Counted from the first letter of the stretch, positions 54,843 through 63,843 are shown. The stretch: 64,000 nt of DNA from a virus (IMGVR_UViG_3300012952_000022:5515-69514); one strand, 5' to 3'. Made by a program: numbers and translations. The notes: generated from the letters alone by a model not told the origin.

Positions 54843-54966
54843 ATTTACAAATTCATGCTTATAGTGGATACTGTTAGGATAATAAATGAAAGCGCAAACA
54901 CTAAAAAATCTTGAGAATGTCTGTGGAACTGTCGATTCGATGAGAATACATATAATAAATGATGCA

Positions 54967-55004
54967 CGCTGGTATGTAACTTTTACACCCAGCGATATAT
55001 TTAT
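54967..55004 (+). promoter_or_regulatory. hairpin plus ATATTTAT box upstream of the scaffold/MCP genes
   Basis: cgctgg-ta-tgtaa-ctt-ttaca-c-ccagcg inverted repeat immediately followed by atatatttat. Confidence 0.55.
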
Positions 55005-55031
55005 GAACTAGCATTTCAAGGTGAGATAAGC

Positions 55032-56804
55032 ATGGGAACAAACCTTTATCAAGAAGCTATTGCAGAAGCCAGGCAACTAAGAGAGATGGCTGAGCAAAAT
55101 GCAAAGAACAAAATTATTAATGCTGTGACTCCAAAGATTAGAGCTCTTATTGAGAGAGAACTATTAAATGAAGAAGCACTTGGTTTAGAAATGTCTGATG
55201 AAGACTTAGCTGATTTAGGTGCCCCAGAAGATGAGAGTGCAGATATTGAGGGTGAAGCCCCGGCCGTTGAGGAACCAATGACATTAGATTTAGATGCCAT
55301 GGCCTCCGGGGGAGCAGCACTTGCGGAACCAGCTGATATGGCATTAGGGGGTGGATCAACCCAACCTACTGTTAGCGTACCAGCTGGTGCCGATATGGAT
55401 GTAGAGATTGGTGCAGATGGTTCAGTCGTTGTAGACACTGGAAGCGTTGATCTTCACGTAGGCGATGCCGAAGCTGGTGGGGAGGATGATGATATTCTCC
55501 TAAGCCAACAAATGGCGGAAGCTTTAACTAGTCTTTTGCAAAATGAGCGGAAGGCATCAACTAAGCTGAAGAGAATTCAGCATCTAGAAAAGAACGTTCG
55601 AAAGCTGAGCCGAATTTTTGAGCGTTTGAATATTAACAATCTACAACCTTCCCAACAGGCAATTATCCGTAAAAACTATACGGCATTGCTCAGGGAAGCA
55701 TTCAGTTTGTACAATGATGCAATACTTACTGAAGGAGAGTCCGATAAATTCGGCCTTCGTAGGCGAGCACGATCTATACTTAAGGAGATGAAGCACATGG
55801 CTTATAATAAAAAGGACCTCTTTAGCGTTCTGAACCTATTTGAGGCTGAAGAGAAAGAAGACGGTAAGGAAGAACTCGAAGAAGTTGATGCTCAAGTAGT
55901 TTTAGCACCAGCTGATGAGGAAGAGGCCGAGGAGCTAGAAGCGCTCCTTGGTGATCTAGATTTAGAATTATCAATTGAAGAACCCGGTGAAGAGGGTGAA
56001 GAAGGCGGCGAAGAGATGGATGCCGGCGCAGAAGAGGGTGGCGAAGAAGAGTTTGCCCTTGAGAGCGACGGGGATATCTCTGTTGATGTTGCAGTTTCTG
56101 ACGATGACGAAATCGTAGAGATTAGCGAAACAATGCTACGTCGTGAACTTCAACGTATGCGCCGGCAGAGAATTCAAGAAGCAGAAGGCGTCGATGCCGC
56201 TGTTCTTGACAATTTTGGTGATGGTGATGCAGAGGGTGACATGTTTGTAGATGTCGATGAAGATTCCCTTCTCAATGCATTGGCTGATGAGCTTGGTGAT
56301 GCACCAAGTCCAGATGCTGGTGGCCGTCCAGCTGGTGGAGACGCGATGCCAGAGAGCTATCGTCGTCGTCGCGCCGCAAGAAATCGTAGAAATACAAGAG
56401 GTCGTCGAGTAAATGAGAGCCGCAAGAGTCGAGCTCTTTCTCGCCAGTTAGTTGAATATAAGAAAGCGGTTGGTTCCCTCCGCACTCAACTTACTGAGAT
56501 GAACTTGTTTAACGCTAAGCTGCTTTATGCAAATAAGCTTATGCAAAACCGTAATGTTACGCCAAAGCAACAGCGTGCCATTGTTGAGGCCCTTGATAAG
56601 GCTAAGACGCTTAGGGAAGCCAAGTTGCTATATCAGAGCCTCACTGCTTCTCTCAAGAAGAGCACCAAGTCTGGTCGTTCTTTAACTGAGAGTCGCGCAC
56701 TGCGCGGTGGCTCATCTTCCAAATCAACCCGGTCCGCTGCTGCGGCCAAGAGTGGAGTTGAGGTAGATCGTTGGGCAGTACTTGCTGGAATCGATGGCAA
56801 GTAA
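55032..56804 (+). CDS. gp22: prohead core scaffolding protein (gp22-like)
   Basis: Acidic, disordered and coiled-coil; LYQEAIAEARQLREMAEQNAK N-terminus and LTEMNLFNAKLLYANKL C-terminal helix; directly upstream of the MCP. Confidence 0.75.
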   Translation: MGTNLYQEAIAEARQLREMAEQNAKNKIINAVTPKIRALIERELLNEEALGLEMSDEDLADLGAPEDESADIEGEAPAVEEPMTLDLDAMASGGAALAEPADMALGGGSTQPTVSVPAGADMDVEIGADGSVVVDTGSVDLHVGDAEAGGEDDDILLSQQMAEALTSLLQNERKASTKLKRIQHLEKNVRKLSRIFERLNINNLQPSQQAIIRKNYTALLREAFSLYNDAILTEGESDKFGLRRRARSILKEMKHMAYNKKDLFSVLNLFEAEEKEDGKEELEEVDAQVVLAPADEEEAEELEALLGDLDLELSIEEPGEEGEEGGEEMDAGAEEGGEEEFALESDGDISVDVAVSDDDEIVEISETMLRRELQRMRRQRIQEAEGVDAAVLDNFGDGDAEGDMFVDVDEDSLLNALADELGDAPSPDAGGRPAGGDAMPESYRRRRAARNRRNTRGRRVNESRKSRALSRQLVEYKKAVGSLRTQLTEMNLFNAKLLYANKLMQNRNVTPKQQRAIVEALDKAKTLREAKLLYQSLTASLKKSTKSGRSLTESRALRGGSSSKSTRSAAAAKSGVEVDRWAVLAGIDGK

Positions 56805-56857
56805 GTTATCGTACCCAGTTTTGACACAACGATATTAATCAATAAGGAGATTACAAA

Positions 56858-58771
56858 ATGTCAAATTCTTTTAGTTTAGAACAGCTAACCGAAGGCATCA
56901 GAGCACGTCATCTCGGCACTCAGAACCGACGGTTGGTTGAAAAGTGGAGCCGCACAGGGCTTCTCCGTGGTCTTAACGGTGTAAATCGTGAGAACATGGC
57001 TTGTTTATTAGAGAACCAGGCATCACAGGTACTTCGCGAGGCGAGTGTACTTGGTAATGATGCTATGGGTGATGCTGGTAAGGTTCGTGGTTTTTCCAAC
57101 GTAGCTTTCCCAATCGTTCGCCGAGTTTTTGGTGGTCTTATTGCCAATGACTTAATCAGCGTACAGCCAATGAGCCTTCCTTCCGGATTGCTTTTCTATC
57201 TTGACTATACTTATGGTACAGCTCAGGGTGGAGTTGCAGAAGCTGCTGAGTCCCTTTATAACGGTCCAGCTGGTAAGGGTGTCCAGAGTGGTTCCCTTGG
57301 ATCCGGTGGACAGTTTGATCTTGCTGGTTCAAGTTATTCTAGAAAGCATCAAAATGCAACCAGAACCCAGGGTACGGAAGCGGACGAGTTTCCTGTTTCT
57401 GATACTCTCGATGCCGCCACAGTACTAGTTCCTCGCCAGGGATTAGCTGATGATGGTGCTTCTCTCGCTACGTCTGGAGCTGGTGGACGTCTTCTGATGT
57501 TCGATCCTGAGCTTACCAAGCGTATTGATGAAGATGGCGAGTTTTGGACTGATGTTTATGTTCCACTACCTGCTAGTATTGTAAATCTAGATACATCTGC
57601 AATCAAGGCCCTAAGTCTTGTTGGTACAGTTTCTACATCAACAGCTGAAAACGTTCCATCTGGAATGCAGGCAGGTTCTGCTAGAAACCTTCGTCGTCTC
57701 AATGAGCTTGGCGTATTAGATACTGTTGCTGAAACGTTCACACCAAATGCATTTGCAGCCCGAGCTTCCACTGCCGCGGCCGCACCTCAAACTGGTGAGC
57801 TAGTTGTTAAGATGATCGTTAAGCAGGCTACGGAAGATGCAAAGTGGCTTGAGACAACTACTGATAACAGTCAGGACCTTAATCTTTCCCACGTCGTTTC
57901 TTCTGCACTTAACGTTGATGATGCGCAAGGCGATACTTTAGTTATTCCTTCCATGGAAGGTGATGGCGAAGACGGTCGGAATTCAATTCCAGAAATCGAT
58001 ATTAAGATTGAAGCTCTTGCAGTAACAGCTCAGTCCCGTAAGCTCAAGGCCAAGTGGTCCCCAGAGCTTGCACAGGATCTTAACGCTTATCACAGCTTAG
58101 ACGCTGAGGTTGAGCTTACACAGATTCTTTCTGAGCAGATTGCTCTTGAGATCGATCGCGAAATCCTTAATGACTTACTCCTCCAGGGTAATGGCGCTAA
58201 CCTTTATTGGTCACGTTCACCTGGTAAGTTTGTTAACAAGGAAACCGGCGCTGAAGTTTCCAGTACGTCTTCACTAACTCCTGGCCCTGCCTTTACCGGT
58301 ACGGTTCGCGAGTGGTATGAGACTCTTACTGAGACAGTTATTGACGCCGCTAACACAATTCACCGCAAGACTCTCCGTGGTTCTGCAAACTTCATCGTCG
58401 TTGGACCTGATGTTGCTACGATCCTTGAGTCTTCAGTAATGTACAGACCTTCCTACAGCCTTGATGGTGAGGGACAGGTCGGTTCCCCGATGACAATCGG
58501 CGCGGATAAGGTTGGTACCCTTTCAAATCGTTTTACGGTTTACAAGGACCCATACTTCCCACGCAACAAGATCCTTGTTGGATATAAGGGTGGCAGTTAT
58601 CTTGAGACTGGTTATGTTTACGCTCCGTACGTACCACTCATTGTTACCCCAACTATCTTCCAGCCAGAGGACTTCACCCCACGTAAGGGTGTCATGACTC
58701 GCTACGGTAAGAAGATGGTTCGTTCCGACTTCTACGGTACTGTTACCGTATTGGATATGAACGTCATCTAA
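56858..58771 (+). CDS. gp23: major capsid protein (T4 gp23-like) with ~210-aa insertion
   Basis: LISVQPMSLPSGLLFYL, SRKLKAKWSPELAQDLNAYHSLDAEVELT, EIDREI, GYVYAPYVPL, GVMTRYG. Confidence 0.96.
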   Translation: MSNSFSLEQLTEGIRARHLGTQNRRLVEKWSRTGLLRGLNGVNRENMACLLENQASQVLREASVLGNDAMGDAGKVRGFSNVAFPIVRRVFGGLIANDLISVQPMSLPSGLLFYLDYTYGTAQGGVAEAAESLYNGPAGKGVQSGSLGSGGQFDLAGSSYSRKHQNATRTQGTEADEFPVSDTLDAATVLVPRQGLADDGASLATSGAGGRLLMFDPELTKRIDEDGEFWTDVYVPLPASIVNLDTSAIKALSLVGTVSTSTAENVPSGMQAGSARNLRRLNELGVLDTVAETFTPNAFAARASTAAAAPQTGELVVKMIVKQATEDAKWLETTTDNSQDLNLSHVVSSALNVDDAQGDTLVIPSMEGDGEDGRNSIPEIDIKIEALAVTAQSRKLKAKWSPELAQDLNAYHSLDAEVELTQILSEQIALEIDREILNDLLLQGNGANLYWSRSPGKFVNKETGAEVSSTSSLTPGPAFTGTVREWYETLTETVIDAANTIHRKTLRGSANFIVVGPDVATILESSVMYRPSYSLDGEGQVGSPMTIGADKVGTLSNRFTVYKDPYFPRNKILVGYKGGSYLETGYVYAPYVPLIVTPTIFQPEDFTPRKGVMTRYGKKMVRSDFYGTVTVLDMNVI

Positions 58772-58796
58772 TCTGAACGGGTTAGTCTTTATTACT

Positions 58797-58828
58797 AAGG
58801 GGCAGTCTTCGGACTGCCCCTTTTTTTT
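58797..58828 (+). terminator. intrinsic terminator after the major capsid gene
   Basis: Perfect 11-bp stem aaggggcagtc / gactgcccctt, c(UUCG)g loop, following T-run. Confidence 0.93.
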
Positions 58829-58904
58829 ATTTCGTGCAAAAAAGATAAACCCGTGATACAATATACATGGATCAGTTTATATTTGCTTGCAATACATAAT
58901 AGTA

Positions 58905-58975
58905 GGCCCGGAGCATTTTTGATCAGCTGACTTGCCAGCGCTTCGGAATCATGCAATGCAAAAAGGAGAAAGATC
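58905..58975 (+). ncRNA. candidate structured cis-regulatory leader RNA
   Basis: P1 ccggagc:gcuucgg, P2 gcug:cagc, loop uugc complementary to gcaa beside the SD. Confidence 0.4.
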
Positions 58976-59362
58976 ATGGCAAAAGTAACTTATGACTCAA
59001 CCAGAGGATTGGTTGTAGAGTCGGGAACCGGTTTTCAGGTTAACGACGCCCCTATTTTAGAAGAAATTGAAGCTGTCACATGCGCAGGTGCCGCTGGTAC
59101 CGCCGCGGCGTTTGGTATTACTAATGTAACTACCGATGGCTCCGCCGGCACAAATACGGTAACTGTGTCTAATGGTACCAGCGAAGGCCAGATGAAGACG
59201 GTAATTTTAGCCGTTAAAGGCAACGGTGGCGATGATGTACAGGTTGCCTCCGCAGGTGGAAACAAAGGCGCTGGTGTTTTAGACACAGTTGGAGACTTTG
59301 TTCATATGATCTGGGTTGGTACTGACTGGGCAGTAGTTGGCGAAGAAAACGCTGGAACCTAA
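58976..59362 (+). CDS. small capsid-associated (decoration-like) protein, paralog without insert
   Basis: AAGGAG RBS; follows the MCP; N-terminus KVTYDSTRGLVVESGTGFQVND shared with the next gene. Confidence 0.6.
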   Translation: MAKVTYDSTRGLVVESGTGFQVNDAPILEEIEAVTCAGAAGTAAAFGITNVTTDGSAGTNTVTVSNGTSEGQMKTVILAVKGNGGDDVQVASAGGNKGAGVLDTVGDFVHMIWVGTDWAVVGEENAGT

Positions 59363-59388
59363 TTAAACTAGTATAAAGGAGAAAAAAA

Positions 59389-60363
59389 ATGCCTAAGGTA
59401 ACTTTTAATAATGCAAAAGGCATTCTCCAGGAAGCTGGTTCTGGTTTTCAGGTGAATGACGCTGCAATTTCAACAGAGTCCGAGACTCTAGAGGGTAATG
59501 TAGTAATTACCGTATCTCCAGATGTTATCGACAGTGCCGACGTAACTGATTCCACTGTCGTTGATATCACGGGAAAATACTTTATGATCGCAACCCCCGA
59601 TGAAAGATTTTATGTATGGTTTGATGGTGGTGAGGCAGGCACAACTGATCCAGCACCATTTGGACTAACGGCTGCTAATAGTATTCGAATTAGTGAGTCG
59701 CATGCTGGTGACGAGCTTAATACCAATGCGAAGGTTGCAAATGCTATTGAGGCCCGTCTTACAGATGCCAATAATGGTGGTGGATTAAATTATAGTGTCA
59801 CAGCGACTGCAACTGACGGCGAGACGCTTGTCTGTACTGCGGTCCTTGGACCTGCAGATGATAACGGAGATGATGCTGCCGAGGTAGCTGATCTCGGTGC
59901 TGATTCAGTTAATGGAAAGTTTTCAATTGCAAATGACGGTGCAGGAAATTTAACTATTACTGTTTTACCAATTGGTAGTGTTAGTTCTGCCCATGGTACC
60001 GGTGCTGATGTTGTCGGTCATGGTGATCTACGCAAGCTTGGCGACGGAGAAGATGACTGGACAGTTTCACTTTCTGATGGTACCGGTGATAATGGCAGTG
60101 CGTTACAAACATTTGGAACGTCGATCATTAGTAACGATGGAGGCGCAACATGCACATGTACTCTAGCTGATGCAGCTGCCGGTACAAAGAAGCTAATTCG
60201 TCAAGATGGCGCTGGCACCATTACATTACTCCTCAATGGACCGAATGGTGATTCTTCTTCATCATCATTTAATGCGGACGAGGACTGTTTATATCTTATC
60301 TCAACAGGAATTGGTTGGGGTAAACTATATGATGCAGGCACTGTGAATGTTACGGCTCTTTAA
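59389..60363 (+). CDS. capsid-associated (decoration-like) protein, paralog with ~198-aa insert
   Basis: AAGGAG RBS; KVTFNNAKGILQEAGSGFQVND N-terminus; C-terminal domain homologous to 58976..59362. Confidence 0.6.
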   Translation: MPKVTFNNAKGILQEAGSGFQVNDAAISTESETLEGNVVITVSPDVIDSADVTDSTVVDITGKYFMIATPDERFYVWFDGGEAGTTDPAPFGLTAANSIRISESHAGDELNTNAKVANAIEARLTDANNGGGLNYSVTATATDGETLVCTAVLGPADDNGDDAAEVADLGADSVNGKFSIANDGAGNLTITVLPIGSVSSAHGTGADVVGHGDLRKLGDGEDDWTVSLSDGTGDNGSALQTFGTSIISNDGGATCTCTLADAAAGTKKLIRQDGAGTITLLLNGPNGDSSSSSFNADEDCLYLISTGIGWGKLYDAGTVNVTAL

Positions 60364-60390
60364 GCTGTAGCTTAAACATAGAACTTATAG

Positions 60391-60428
60391 AGGCGGGCAG
60401 CAATGCCCGCCTTTTTTATTTTTTTTCA
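60391..60428 (+). terminator. intrinsic terminator
   Basis: 9-bp stem aggcgggca / tgcccgcct, GCAA (GNRA) loop, long T-tract. Confidence 0.92.
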
Positions 60429-60520
60429 AATTTTTTCTGAGCGCCTGTGTGTAATATTTGCACAAGCATCTCAACTTTTTCGCGAGCTCCATACTACTGC
60501 ATGGAATGTCTGGATCCGAG

Positions 60521-60537
60521 CAGTATATTTATTACTG
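60521..60537 (+). promoter_or_regulatory. ATATTTAT box within the cagta/tactg inverted repeat upstream of gp13
   Basis: cagta-tatttat-tactg. Confidence 0.5.
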
Positions 60538-60565
60538 TCTAACGGGCTTAGCTGGAGAAAGTAAC

Positions 60566-61810
60566 ATGGCAACATTTGCAAATACATTGACACCTACCCC
60601 TTTCGGATTCTTTGATGCTGACATTGCATTTCAACAAGAAGCCGATTCGATGGTGACCTTTGTTAAGAGAAAGCTTGGTGATGATATTCTCAGCGTTGAG
60701 CTAACCAAGAAGCAAGTATGGGCATGTTTTGAAGAATCATTTTTAGAATACAGTAGTATTATTAATGAGCATGCAGCATCCTCGCAGTTGATGAACCTCC
60801 TTGGTATACCAACAGGGAGCGTAGATTCATTTAAGCAAGTAGTTAAGGGCCAGCCAGGCCAAGGTGAAGATAGGGTAGAATACACAGGGCCATCTGGAAA
60901 AGAGCAAACATTTCCAATGGAGAACCTTGAGTTCATGCTTCGCCGCGCGGCACCTTATGCACATGATGCAGGTATCGGCGGATCCTATAATAATCATTCA
61001 GGATCTATTCAATTGGTCACTAATCAGCAAGATTATGATATGTACACTGATCTTGTTAATGAAGATGGTGATACACTATACAGCCTCCAATCTCCGGAAG
61101 GTGATCCAAAAACAAAAATGAAGATTATGGAAATCTGTCATTACTCACCACAGGCCCAATATCGATTCTTTGATACTACATCAGCAATTAATTACTTAAA
61201 CAATGAGTTTTCGTTTGAGTCATTTACTCCGGAAACTGTGTTTTATGTTTTACCAATATTTGAAGATGTCCTCCGCGGAGGCCAGATGAAATTATCTAAT
61301 AGGGTTAGGAGATCAAATTATTCCTATAGAACAATGGGCTCTAAGATTCGAATATTTCCAACCCCAACTTCAGATAACCCAAAAAAATTATGGGTCCGTG
61401 TAGCATTCAGCCCCGACCCATTCAATCCTGATATTCAGGATGACTCCATTTACGGCGTGAGTAACTTATCGAATGTTCCTTATGGAAACCTTTCGTTCGA
61501 AAAGATAAACTCTATGGGCCGCCAGTGGATTCGCCAGTACTGTTTAGCTTTATCTAAGGAACTATTAGGTTTAGTACGTTCAAAGTTTGGTTCTGTTCCC
61601 ATACCTGGTGGGGACTTGCAGCTTAATGGCTCGGACTTGGTAACTCAAGGACGTGAAGAAAAAACGCAAATGCAAGAGCAACTCAAAGAATTGTTAGCTG
61701 GATTAACTTACAGCAAAATGATTGAGGATGAGGCTGCGACTGTAGAAAATATGCGTAAGATCTTAAGTCATATGCCGGTCCCTGGTGGGAAAGCAATTAT
61801 TGTAGGATAG
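60566..61810 (+). CDS. gp13: neck protein (T4 gp13-like adaptor)
   Basis: GGAG RBS then ATG 60566 (MATFANTLTPTPFGFFD); VELTKKQV; WIRQYCLALSKELLG...PIPGGDLQLNG motif. Confidence 0.85.
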   Translation: MATFANTLTPTPFGFFDADIAFQQEADSMVTFVKRKLGDDILSVELTKKQVWACFEESFLEYSSIINEHAASSQLMNLLGIPTGSVDSFKQVVKGQPGQGEDRVEYTGPSGKEQTFPMENLEFMLRRAAPYAHDAGIGGSYNNHSGSIQLVTNQQDYDMYTDLVNEDGDTLYSLQSPEGDPKTKMKIMEICHYSPQAQYRFFDTTSAINYLNNEFSFESFTPETVFYVLPIFEDVLRGGQMKLSNRVRRSNYSYRTMGSKIRIFPTPTSDNPKKLWVRVAFSPDPFNPDIQDDSIYGVSNLSNVPYGNLSFEKINSMGRQWIRQYCLALSKELLGLVRSKFGSVPIPGGDLQLNGSDLVTQGREEKTQMQEQLKELLAGLTYSKMIEDEAATVENMRKILSHMPVPGGKAIIVG

Positions 61811-61820
61811 GAATTAGGGA

Positions 61821-62486
61821 ATGGCGAGACTTTTTGTAACACCGAGAGAAATTGATTATATCTCTGATCTAACGAAAGAGATCACGAAAGACGTAATAGG
61901 TCAAAAGATATTCTATTACAAAATTCGTGAAGATCTAACGAACGTTCATGATGTATATGAAGAAGCTCCTGAGAAGGTATTCAATCCACCTGTTGAATTA
62001 GACGCACTAGTTGAATGGCAACCGGAAACGTTTAAGACAACCAGGTTCGGATCTGAAGAGACCGCTACGATCGAGGTGTATTTGCACGCACGTGATTTAT
62101 TAGATAAGGACTTCAAGGTGCAAAGCGGTGATTACTTTAGTTACGGACAATTATTCTTTGAAATAACATCAGTTATTGCCGATAAGAATGTATATGGTCA
62201 GGTTGAACATCAAACCGGTTATAAGGTAACTGGAAAACAAGCACGTAAGGGACAAATTAATGTCAAACCTCTCGGCCCAACGTCAGAAGCAATTGACGAG
62301 CCAGATGCTGTACAAGAAACGTTCGTACAGCAGCGAGGAGCCGAGGAGAATAGCTTAGGAAAGACTGGGGATAAACGCCAGTTGCAAGAGGATGGTAAAC
62401 TTGACGAGCCGATTAGCGGCCCACAGGAGGTATCCTCCAAAGGCCAGACCTCCACAACTGATTCTGCATTCTACGGAGATGAGTAG
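61821..62486 (+). CDS. gp14: neck protein (T4 gp14-like)
   Basis: IGQKIFYYKI...DVYEEAPEKVF; GDYFSYGQLFFEI; position between gp13 and gp15. Confidence 0.75.
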   Translation: MARLFVTPREIDYISDLTKEITKDVIGQKIFYYKIREDLTNVHDVYEEAPEKVFNPPVELDALVEWQPETFKTTRFGSEETATIEVYLHARDLLDKDFKVQSGDYFSYGQLFFEITSVIADKNVYGQVEHQTGYKVTGKQARKGQINVKPLGPTSEAIDEPDAVQETFVQQRGAEENSLGKTGDKRQLQEDGKLDEPISGPQEVSSKGQTSTTDSAFYGDE

Positions 62487-62493
62487 GTGAACT

Positions 62494-63843
62494 ATGTCAA
62501 CTAGATTTGATAAAGTAAAAGCAGATAAGGTTTCGAAGGGAACCGGCCACGACGGACAAAATGTTGCAGTTGATGAATTTCTTCCATCATGTACCATTGA
62601 GGATGTTGACCGAGCCCTTTTCAACTTATTTAATGTTGATGTACCATTATTTTATGAGTTTGAGAATAATATAAATAGAATACCAGTTATTTTTGCTACT
62701 GGTGAACGCTTCGCTGTACTAAGAAGAAAAAAGCCCTTAAGAGATAAAGCTGGTGCATTAATTCTTCCCTTGGTTTCAATTATGCGAACCGAGATAAACC
62801 AGTCAGATACAGGGTTAGGCCCAGGACAGGGCGGTCCTGCGATTATAAAGAAAAAGTTAAGTAAGGATGATCCGAAGTATCAACGCCTTCTTAATAAGAG
62901 AAACTTAAAATTTCAAGATAGTGCTGATCATCCGTCCCACATGGCTGGAGGCGAAGGTGATGGTACTAACGACGGAACACTGGCAACCCGACGGGTTGAC
63001 CATATGCCAGATGAAGACACAAGATCTGGTCAACATATAAAAGCTAAGCTTGGTGCAAATATATTTGAAATAATTGAAATGCCCCCGGCTAAGTTTTTCA
63101 TTACAAGCTATGAAGTCACATTCTGGGCGCAATATACACAACAGATTAATGATATGTTATCAGCACTGCTATCATCATATCATAATAACCGAGCTAGACA
63201 ATTTAGGATTGAAACAGATAAAGGTTATTGGTTTGTTGCGACTGTTGAGTCAGCAATTACGCCCGGGTCAAACTATGATGACTTCACAGACGAAGAGAGA
63301 CTAGTTAAACTTAGTTTCAATATTAAAGTTCCTGGTTATCTGGTTATGCCAGATTTTCCAGGGTCATCTAATGCTCTCCGAAAGTATGTTTCTGCGCCTG
63401 AGATTAACTTTGCGTCGACACAAACATCAGGAGTTCCTGTAGATCCAGTGCAGGGTGGAGTGGCATCTTCGGATGTAAATTCATATATATTAAATGATTT
63501 TGCATTAGCAGATGAACCTTTACCTGGACAAGCGATGGGAGCTGATGGAGTGGCATCAACACTTAGAATAGCTGGAGTTGATCAGCCTGGTGCCTCAGTG
63601 GCAGCAATTGACAACAGGCCAAGCAGCATGAAGTCAAGTCGGGGAGCAGCTTCCCCAGAGAAGATTGAAGCATCGGTTGGTGGTTATTCTGCAAGTGGAG
63701 GATCCCAACAAATGCTTAGAATTTCGTATGATCCATTTACTGGAAAGAAGGTAACAAAAGTTGTGAGAGTTAAATCTAGAAATCAAAGAAAAGGTGAGAC
63801 CGTCTATCGAGAGGGCCTTACCACTGACTTAGGGGAAATTTAA
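62494..63843 (+). CDS. gp15: tail terminator/sheath stabiliser (T4 gp15-like)
   Basis: IPVIFATGERF...LILPLVSIMRT; YEVTFWAQYTQQINDMLSALL; immediately upstream of the sheath. Confidence 0.75.
   Translation: MSTRFDKVKADKVSKGTGHDGQNVAVDEFLPSCTIEDVDRALFNLFNVDVPLFYEFENNINRIPVIFATGERFAVLRRKKPLRDKAGALILPLVSIMRTEINQSDTGLGPGQGGPAIIKKKLSKDDPKYQRLLNKRNLKFQDSADHPSHMAGGEGDGTNDGTLATRRVDHMPDEDTRSGQHIKAKLGANIFEIIEMPPAKFFITSYEVTFWAQYTQQINDMLSALLSSYHNNRARQFRIETDKGYWFVATVESAITPGSNYDDFTDEERLVKLSFNIKVPGYLVMPDFPGSSNALRKYVSAPEINFASTQTSGVPVDPVQGGVASSDVNSYILNDFALADEPLPGQAMGADGVASTLRIAGVDQPGASVAAIDNRPSSMKSSRGAASPEKIEASVGGYSASGGSQQMLRISYDPFTGKKVTKVVRVKSRNQRKGETVYREGLTTDLGEI

Noticed and set aside
55049-55438. 129-aa minus-strand ORF (and the other 60-116 aa minus-strand or alternate-frame ORFs)
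   Set aside because: Antisense or off-frame shadows lying within well-supported + strand genes; none has recognisable motifs.
58854-58862. Extended -10 element TGATACAAT after the MCP terminator
   Set aside because: Single instance in AT-rich sequence, with a late-type box also present downstream; cannot be distinguished from chance.
60458-60565. TTG-initiated N-terminal extension of gp13 in the ORF track
   Set aside because: It overlaps the promoter-like region; the GGAG RBS supports ATG 60566. Starts at 41841, 51253 and 51909 were moved for similar reasons.
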